From Raillietiella orientalis (taxonomy: Eukaryota): DNA of 64,000 nt. The position numbers and the translations under genes are program-made. The notes under the pieces are model-generated. The model did no database searches and was not told where the DNA came from. It was given only the letters and a program-made list of their open reading frames with translations. Location of the stretch: NCBI GenBank assembly GCA_036172245.1, contig JAYWIR010000067.1, positions 310,001-374,000 of the forward strand, in the 5' to 3' direction. Below are positions 55,500 through 64,000 of the stretch, in pieces; position 1 is the stretch's first letter, and the number at the start of each line of letters is the position of its first letter.

Positions 55500-57760
55500 T
55501 GCAGCGGACCGACTTACAGATGGAATCTGCGTCACGTTGCCTGGATGCGGCAGGCCGGACACGTTTTCAAGCCGTCACCTTGTGAACGAAAGAACTGGCA
55601 GGTCAAACGAAACTTCCGCTCGTGTTGGAGAACACGTACATTCACGTGTATCACATGGGAGCGTTCAACCGCTAGAAGGTTCAAAGTACCGCGAGGGGAT
55701 AAAGCAGCTTCGTGTATGGACACACTGCCTTTCACATTGAAGTGTTTTCCAATCACTGTGCACGAATGTTCAAATCATTGCAACGAGTGAGTTTCGTTTG
55801 CATAGAGAGCATCCAAGAGCAATCCTTGATGTCATGGGATGCCATGTGAGCTCACGAAGAGTTGCTGTATCATGTGGTCGTTGCTAGGGAAAGCCTGCGC
55901 TTCCGTTTCCCTTTCGTTCCGGATGGGATACAAGAGAATTCTGGAAACTGGTTTTTCATTCGTAGGAGTGCTCGTAGGGGGAAAAAGTAACTACAGGCTC
56001 TTTCCACTATGGGCACGCCCGTTTGCTTGAAATAATGAAGCTGTATCATCGTTTTCCTTGATCGCTAGACTCTTTCGATAGCGTTACATAGGCGTGAAAA
56101 GCATACAAATTTCTTGCCAAATTCGTTTTCAGTCAGACTCAGCTCTTTCTTCGGTTCACAAGAGTGTTTGTTCGGAAGTAAAGTAAAAACTGCCAGCAAC
56201 TTGGAAAACTAAAACAGAGTTGGCGTACTATTCAACTTCCCTGCTTTTCAGTTAGCATTCTTCTTAATGTAAAGCCACCATGCTGTATGTTTATTAAACC
56301 TATACAAAGATTTCTTCCATCGTCTGGAATGATGCTTTGGCTGTTAGTAATAATTTTTGCATATGGTTTGTTGCTAGTTTACGCAATGACCTATATAGGA
56401 ATTCGAAGAGGAATGGAATGAGTAGCATTTTATTCTGATGATGAAAAATGAAATGCTACTTATTCCTTAAGTGATGAAGGAAATTCGAAAAAACAGAAAT
56501 TACTGGAAAATCCTGCTAATTGCGAGCAAGAGTGGATATCGTACTGGTCCTCCTGATCTGATCGAAACTCTAGGCTTCGTTCATGACTGTTCAACCTCAA
56601 TCCCTGCTTATAAATTGGAATTAGTTACTCCAGCATAAAGAATGGTCAATGGGGAGATGTGGAAGAGGACTTGCATGATTTGGCGGGAGTGGGAATGAGT
56701 AGGGGTAACTGAGAATCCACGAGAAACTTTTTTTACTTCTTTATGATTCCTGGGTAAGAAATCAAGTAATTAAGGGAACGCAAGGAAGACGCAACATAAA
56801 AAGGGTAAGCTGTGGTATGCTACGTTTGGGGACCTGACTTTGTATTGAAAGGGGATGTGGTTCTGAATTTGCTTGAGAAGGTATGTTAGTTAAATAATGA
56901 ATTGAATGAGTACAAATCTTTCGTCGCTCTGATGTAAGATTAGAGAAATCGTATCGAACATAGTCGGTGTACTCGAAGGTTTATCAAGGCAATTTGTTAA
57001 AGCAGGGGATTGCCGTGGTACTAATAATTGTGTTCTTTTTCTGTTTTGCTGATATTCGAAAATATTGGTAGTGAGTGAATGGATAGCAATAGTGATCAGT
57101 ATCGAAAAAGGGGTGTATTAACTGTAGTGGAGAACAACAAGCATCTTTCTTGTCAGAGTAAGAAGTAATGGAAAGTTGTTATTTATTCGGACGCTCCTGA
57201 GTTGAGCAGCATTGGTGCTATATGTGTTAAAATATGGTTTGGTTTTATTTGGAGGTGGCATGCTGACAACTGACGTTTGTTATTCTTCCTAAACGAAGAC
57301 ATGAGGGCAAGCTTGCCTTTTTTCGTAGATGTGGAACGGTGAAAGGAGTGCTGAGCTTCGAGATGGTTATTATAAAGTTCGAACACTGGGCCCTCATCAG
57401 CAGCTGGTAAGGGACAACTCCAATGGTTGTCATTGCGATGGCAAGCTGCGAATTCCAACATTAAGTGGTGGTCGCAGCGGGAGGAGGATTGAGGGATGGC
57501 TACGGTCGTGAGCAGTGGAGTTGATCTTCATAAAAGAGAAGCGAAAAGAGAACCGGATGCACTTCCTACTTGCAAGGAAGACTACTTGCTGTGTAGTACC
57601 GACCAGCTGTGAAGAAGATGCGAGCAGCTGGAGAGAAGGCAATGGGCAGAGGCAGCGGAAATCCGAGCTTGAGGAGAAGAGCAACGGATTCTGCTTTCGT
57701 GTATGCTGGTATGATCGCTTCTCTCTTTTTTTTTTTTTAAAGGCCAGTAGCGACCCCCGC
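55500..57760 (+). mobile_element. Very decayed LINE with a KilA-N-like remnant (55550-55860) upstream of RT relics
   Basis: RTRFQAVTL* / KRNFRSCWRTRTF, LMSW; later WYATFGDLTLY (YADD region, about 56813-56845) and FRRCGT; T-rich 3' region. Confidence 0.45.
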
Positions 57761-58845
57761 TAGGAGATCGTTACTATTAGCCTAGGATGATGGAAATCCT
57801 TTCCTTTTTTCTCTCTCTCTTTTGCTTCTTTTTTTTTTTAAGAGTTTTCTCTTTTTTGGTTCGCTAAGTAACCTCAAGAGCCGGTCGCGTGCCTCGCGGC
57901 GCACGTGGTTCTTTTTAAACATGAAACACACTGTTTTGTTTCCACACCTTTCCGCCCGCGGCAACCCGCAGGGGGGCTAGGGGTTGGGGAGTCGGGATGG
58001 GGGCCCGCCCTGTGAATCCAGGAAGGGATCCGGTCCGTTCCTCTCACGCTTCGGAAAGGATGCCCCCCGGATGGGGGAAATCGCACCTCCCCGCAACAGA
58101 GGGGATCCGCTCTTCTGAAGAACTGAAGAGGTGCCCGTGAGGGCTCCTGCTCCATCTTGAAACCGGAGGGGTCCCCCGGTGAAGGGGATCCGCTTTCTCC
58201 GTTGTACGACCGGAGGGGGAACTCCCCACTCCTTGATTCCTGGGAAGACCCGAAGATCTCCCATTGTTCCGGCCTTCATCGGGGGCCTCCGGCTTAATCC
58301 ACCGCCGGTGCCACACGCGGAAGCCTTAACCACAAGGCCTTCGACGCGGGATTGGATAAAGGCCTCTGCGCTGTTGTGGTACTTTGAGCAGAAAGTCATT
58401 TTTTTTTTATTTTTTCTTTTTTGTTGCTGCTCAAGGATAGAGTCTTGAAAGGTTCCTTCGAAAGATCTCAGTGAATGGCTAAGAGCAAGTGCAAGGTGAC
58501 AAACGGTACTTAGTTGGTCACTCGGAACGGTCAAAAGGTGTGCACTCGAAATCCACATCGATGTACCCGGCAAAATATGGTCCTGTGCTCCCATTTCCTG
58601 TTCTCATCGTTCCTTGACTTAGATCTCCCATTGTTCCGGCCTTCATCGGGGATCTCCGGCTTAAACGACCACCGATGCCACGCCCGAATGTCTCGGCCAA
58701 CCAGCGGCATTGCAGGAGAAACTCTGAACTCGACGACGCAGTGGCGTCAGTTTCTGCCGAAGTACTCGAACCCTCGACACATGGTGCCACACGCGGAAGC
58801 CTTAACCACAAGGCCTCCGATCGCTTCTCTTTTCGAGCTTATGGG

Positions 58846-59540
58846 ATGAAAAGTAGTCACGTCGTCTGTCTTGCACAAGACGCATACGGCGAGGATGCTG
58901 TCTCTTGGTTTTGCATGAATGAAAAAGCCTTCTTGAACGCAGCACAAATTTGCAAACGACGTGAGCCACATGAATTTTATGACAGGAAAAGAAGACAAAC
59001 CGTGCTCCTGGAGAACTTGAAAGGAGTCAAGTGTATGGCGGAACGTTCCCTTTGGCATCTGGTTGCGAGTGCCTGCAAGAGACAGGACAGGTTTCCTGGA
59101 GGCGCGCTGCGACCCCGAGACCGTGGCTGTCTGCCGAAGGGCACCAAGGTCTGTGGTCATCGAAGACAAGGTTGCTACTGTCCAAGTGATCCTCAGTTGC
59201 CACCGTTCAAGGCTGGAGTCCGAGAGCGCCAGACACTGCTGAGCAGTGGAGTCTGTCGCTGTCGATGAGCGCAGCGGGTCCTTGGTAGCGGCAAGAAGTG
59301 AGGCAGAAGCTGACCACTGAAGTCATTAAGGCCTACTGCTGAGAAATATCTCGAAAGCACTTCAGACGAGCGTCGAGGACGCCTTGCTGGGAGGGGGTGG
59401 CGGTGCAGCAGCTGTGCGGTGGAAGAAAGGAGATCCATTTACCTGACCTGTAGTGCGAGAGCGGGTCGTTTGCTTCCCCGATCAAGGTGGGTGGTTGTGA
59501 AGCCGTGCACGCCATCAGCGCGCGCTAGCAACAAACTGCA
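58846..59540 (+). pseudogene. Best-preserved KilA-N-like ORF, with a possible T5orf172-like second domain, antisense within the LINE 3' region
   Basis: MKSSHVVCL...AFLNAAQICKRREPHEFYDRKRRQTVLLENL (from 58927), RQGCYCP (59164-59184), frameshifted GWSP (59211-59222); then SIYLT...PIKVG...AR*QQ (59434-59535). Confidence 0.6.
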
Positions 59541-62500
59541 CGTCATAAGGGTGACGTGCTCCCTCATTACTCACCTCAATGTCTTCAGTTCGACTGGCGC
59601 AGGGGTGAATTTATTTACTACTTTCAAAATTACAATCTCAAATTTTCATAAGTGTTTACGAAGTTACACTTGTTTTCCTCTATTGGAGGAGTTATTCGGG
59701 TCAGGTAGAGCTTCCATTCAGTTGGGCAACATCTTCCATTTTCTTGAAGATGTAACAGTATGTCCAGGCGGGTACTCTTCCGCAGTTCCTGATCCTAGTT
59801 TCTTTTTGCAGCACTCCTTTTAAGATACTGACGGCAGGCACTTGGACATCAGTATTCCGCAACTTTGCCCTTCTTATCACGATGCTCGTGATATAGAGGG
59901 TGATAGTGGTGCGGACCATGACGTTGTATCGGGGGAAGTTCCTGCACCCTTCAAACATCCCCCTTCCCCTTCAAGAACTCCATTTCTGTTTTCTTCTGCA
60001 GGCCAATCATCACCTTTAACGTAGTCCAGTCCTGGCGCAGCGTCGAGCATGTGAAAAACGTGGAGCTGTGTTTCTCTGTCCCCACAGGTTTTGCAGAATC
60101 CATCTTGATTATTACCTGTCCAATGTTTTAGTTGGGAGCCACTTAGGATGCCTCTGTGGCAACACAGCAGGAAGTCATCCTGAGTATCCGGTGGTAAGTC
60201 GCTCCTATAGATCGTTGCGCCAACCGCTAGCAGGTTCACGCTGCGGATCCCGTAGCGGTTGGTGGTCTTGTCCACTGCGTCGTCTTGGTTAATATGTCTC
60301 TTCACTTCCTCACGGATGTTATCCCTGGTGATCAAGCATCACGCATCTGTCTCTTGATGCTTCCAGAGATCGCGAATCCTGTAGCTAAATCTTCCGATCA
60401 GTTTCGTTATGCAGCGATACAGTCGCCTCCTCTGGCTATAGCCACTCATGGCGAACTGTTCTCAGTCACGAATCTTCATTCATGGTCTCTGGGGTAATCC
60501 ATTTCCAGATCTCTTGAGGGATCCTGAGGAAGTGAGGAATCACCATGGCTAGTTGCTATTTCCAAAGTTCTTTACTTTGAGGCACTATCTTGAATTGGTG
60601 ATTCATCACCAGTTCCTGTTTCCTCTTCCACGTGGGGTCGATGTTCCCCCAGTCTTCGTGTTTGTCCAATAAGGCTGACATCAGACCTCTCGAGTTGTCA
60701 GCCAACTTTACGTAGGCTCTATGTACTGCTTAAGGTCATTCGTCCCATTTCCTGGTGAGATCCAGGAGTAGTCGCGCATCCATGTCCTCTGAGACTTGGA
60801 TTAGCGACTTCATCCTGGTGCCACCTTTTCTCGAGGGACATAAAGCTTTCAGCCGAACCAGTGACTTATGCTCTCTCCAGAGGATCTTCCTTGGAAGCTG
60901 CTCTACATACAACCTCGTTTTCTCATATAGTCGACAGAAGGCCGCTCCGAAGAGCACCTTGAAAAGAACTCCATTCCACAAGTTGGCCTCTGATCATGTT
61001 GAAGTTTGCGCGAATGCACTTCTTCTCTGGCTTTCCCTAGAATTTCTGTCCACTTCGTTTACGAAGGCTTCTCCGATGCGGATTCCCAGGTACTTAGCTT
61101 TAACTACCATTCGAAAACCTTCTTTAGTTAGTAGGGAAAGATCCAGGATTCCGATAGGCAACAGTTGGAACTTCTGGGAGTTGATTTCAAGATCTAGTCC
61201 TTCTTCCATTTAATTGACCACCTCCAGGAATGTGTACTGATCCTTTCCGTCTTTCAGGAAGAAGAGGTCATCTGCATATGCTATATGGTTCAGTTGCTGG
61301 TCTCCGATGTGAGTCCTTCGAGGCGGAATTTTCTGTTGACGATCAACGGCACAGCTTCCATATAAATGACGAATTGCATCGGACTCAGAAAGTCTCCTCG
61401 ACGGACACTCCTTTCTGCCCAGATTGCTTTCGTCTCGTATCCATTGATTCCGATTTTGAAGTGCGCGTTTCTGAGGGCCTTCTGCACGTTCTCCAGAAAG
61501 TACTGTGGAAAGCACATCTTTTCCAAGATTCGTAAGAGCATCCCGTGGTCCACAGCATCGAATGCTTCTTCCATGTCCGCAAAGGCCATCACCAGGTTGT
61601 CGCCAACGTACTAGCTGCATACAATGGAGGTCTGGCGCGCTTCACGTTATAAGACATGCGTCTTTTAGTCACTGCGCACGTCTGAAGAGCAAAAATCAGC
61701 GGAGGTAGGATCTTCAGGCAGTTGGCCCAGATCTTTGCCAGGCCATCTGGTATCCGTGTTCAAGATGGAGATGGGTCGCCACTGCGTGACTCTTCTAACT
61801 TTTCGGCAGTAGCCGCTTCCTGCTTCCTTGAAATGACTCCGGGAGTCTTCCTTTCTTTCGAATCGTGATGGCCACTTCGTGAAACAGGCACAGGTAAGCA
61901 TGCAGGTACCTTTGGTAGTGAGAGATGGGAACTCTGTCGGCGCCTACCTCCACGTCTTTTTCCGTAAATGCTTTCTTGACTTCCTCGAGGGAGATGTCCG
62001 CTTTCAGTTCCTTCTGCGCATGAACAAGTTTCCTCTACAGGTGTCGTAGGATCGTTTTCTGTTCCATTGGGCACAGGTCTTGACATCAAAAAAAAATGGC
62101 ACAGTGGTCTTCAAAAGTCTCCGTAATCTCATCCGGAGTGTGCCGAACCTCCTGTCGAAATTCTAATACAAAGATATCGGTGGTGATATTCTTTTTTTCT
62201 TGCATACCAATCTCTCCTTTTCCGTTGCGAAATACGTATCGCCTCTCGTACTGTTCTCAGTATCTTAAGGGGGAGCGATATTCAGTGTTGAGCTTTCGGT
62301 ACGCTTCTTGTCTCATCTTCCTGCATCCAAACTGCAAGTTGCCGGACATGTGGATCGTATGCTCCGTTCTGTCCCACACTGTCGACGTAGAGGATGGTGG
62401 TGTACTGTAGAATAGTTTCGGCGAGTTGCTGGTGGCTAAGAAGTGTTTCGAACCAGGAGGAAAAGGTGAGTAGTGCTATTCTTGTGTCTATTCCCTTGTC

Positions 62501-62559
62501 TCAAGTCCGGTGGACACCCGCAGCATTCCGCACGGACACCGCGGTTTGGGTTCAGACGG

Positions 62560-62740
62560 ATGAAACAAACAAGAAAGGGAAGAGGTGAGAAAAGCAAGAG
62601 GAGGTGAGGAAGGGAAGAGGAAGAGACGAGGAAGAATGGAAAAGGAGAAGGAAGGGAGGAAAAGGAAGAAAGGGAGGGAGGAAGAGGAGGAAGGGGAGAA
62701 AATGGGTTATGAGTGAGTCCACGCTAGAGAGTGAGTCCAC
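62560..62740. repeat. GA-rich low-complexity insertion with a 12-bp direct repeat
   Basis: Nearly pure purine tract 62560-62702; GAGTGAGTCCAC at 62711-62722 and 62729-62740; interrupts LINE ORF2 just after the endonuclease. Confidence 0.85.
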
Positions 62741-64000
62741 CTTTGTTTCCGAGGGTTTGCAGTTTTCAGGGTGAACCGCACCAGGAGATGGTCTCACAAC
62801 AGGGACCGCGTGTCGCGGAATCCCTGTTGGCGAGTTCTTGGATGTACAGGACGTGATCGAGCGACTTTAGTTGTAAGCCACAGCAGTCTAAAGTCGTCAG
62901 ACAGCTGCTGATACGATATCCTGCCTTGGGCATCGGTGCACTGGGAGACCGTATCCAGGAAGTGGACAATGTCTTTCGATGTGGCCTTGCTGCGCAGAAC
63001 GTTCTGCATTGCCTCCACACACCGGTGTTTTCCTCGGTGTGGTCCGTACACGTTCACCAGGAAGAGGTGAATGCTTCTAGACCCGGACATGCGAAGTCCG
63101 ACGATACGACTGGGCTACGGGGAAAAGGTTTCCAGTATGCTGTGGGCTAACTTGTTCTTCACGAGGATCGCGACTTCTTTCGTTTCCTTTTCTCTCGGGC
63201 TCAGGAACAGCATTGCGTTCAGTGGCCAGTCGAGTTTCAGACAGATCTCTTGCCCTGTCTCCTGGATTTCCTGAAGACACGCGATGTCGTCACGCTGTAT
63301 GCTCCGCGTGATCCTTCTCCTCTTGTTCTGGCTACACATGCCGTTGATATTCCCGAAAGCGATTCTAATGCTCCTGTAGGATCACAGGAAGAAAGCCATC
63401 GAGGATTATCGAACAGATTTGATCTTATTCTTTTTCTGCTTGGGAGAAGTCCATCCCATGCTTCCAGCAGATTCTTCGTTGCCGACGTCGCTTTAGGACT
63501 CGACGAAATCGGTTCTGTCGATAATATTCTCTTTTCCTCGAGCTTCAAGAATAGCACGAGTTATTTTCCCTGCGGGAGACAAGGACCGTTTGTTCTTCTC
63601 GAAGAATTTACGCTTCGCCATGTTTAGGACGTCTTCCAACTGTAGTCTTAATCTTTAATGCACTATCATGCTTTGCATTTTGTTCAGGAGCGTGGAGACT
63701 CCAAGCAGAGTCTCGTTCCGCTCTTCCTGCATGTTGTCCGGAAGGATCGTTGTGGCTGGTGTAGCTGTTTTCCTTTCTAGCTCCTTTGCCTGTTGTTCCT
63801 CTTCCTCGGTCACGCCGCTGTGCGTCGATGCTATTGAAGGAGGAGGAAGCTCTTCTTTCTTCGGTTTCCTCTGTTCTTCTGTTTCTTTTTCAGGTCTTCG
63901 ATGTGGGCCAGCTCGTTCCTGTTACCGTTGTTCCTGTTCTTGCACGGCAAGTAGCAAGGGTAGTTCTTTTGTGACTAGCCACGCTACAAGTCGTCTGTAT

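Larger units (their letters stand above)
57800..64000 (-). mobile_element. Near full-length decayed family B L1/Tx1-like LINE (ORF1 end, APE endonuclease, RT, zinc motif, long 3' region); continues beyond the window
   Basis: DIACLQE, VAILVK, LVNVYGPH, *DHLLVRF, QWRPISILNTD, FADMEEAFDAVDH, VRRGDFLSP, IAYADDLFFL, KYLGIRI, CKTCGDRETQLHVF; A-rich tail on the minus strand at 57800-57857. Confidence 0.9.

Overview
Eukaryotic, most likely arthropod, genomic DNA. Five intact host genes sit in AT-rich sequence: an RPGRIP1L/fantom-like ciliary gene (-, 11573-15096), heat shock factor (-, 22037-25241), the NVL/smallminded AAA+ ATPase (+, 31158-34446), a single-exon brainiac-like GT31 glycosyltransferase (+, 39794-40867) and EFTUD2/Snu114 (+, 45796-50750). 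The four spliced genes have very short introns (21 of 40 modelled introns are 37-52 nt; one is GC-AG). Both ends of the window and several internal islands are GC-richer graveyards of degenerate L1/Tx1-like non-LTR retrotransposons. At least two families can be separated by distinct structured 3' ends (called A and B here), and there are faint DNA-transposon relics. The most unusual signal is about a dozen frameshifted, mutually similar remnants of a small protein resembling the viral/phage KilA-N (APSES-like) DNA-binding domain, sometimes followed by a possible T5orf172-like domain. They occur in the ORF1 position of these LINEs, in short deleted derivatives, and as an antisense cassette behind a hairpin-rich region at the family B 3' end. 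All domain assignments were made by eye without database searches; the KilA-N call rests on motif similarity in decayed copies and needs profile confirmation.
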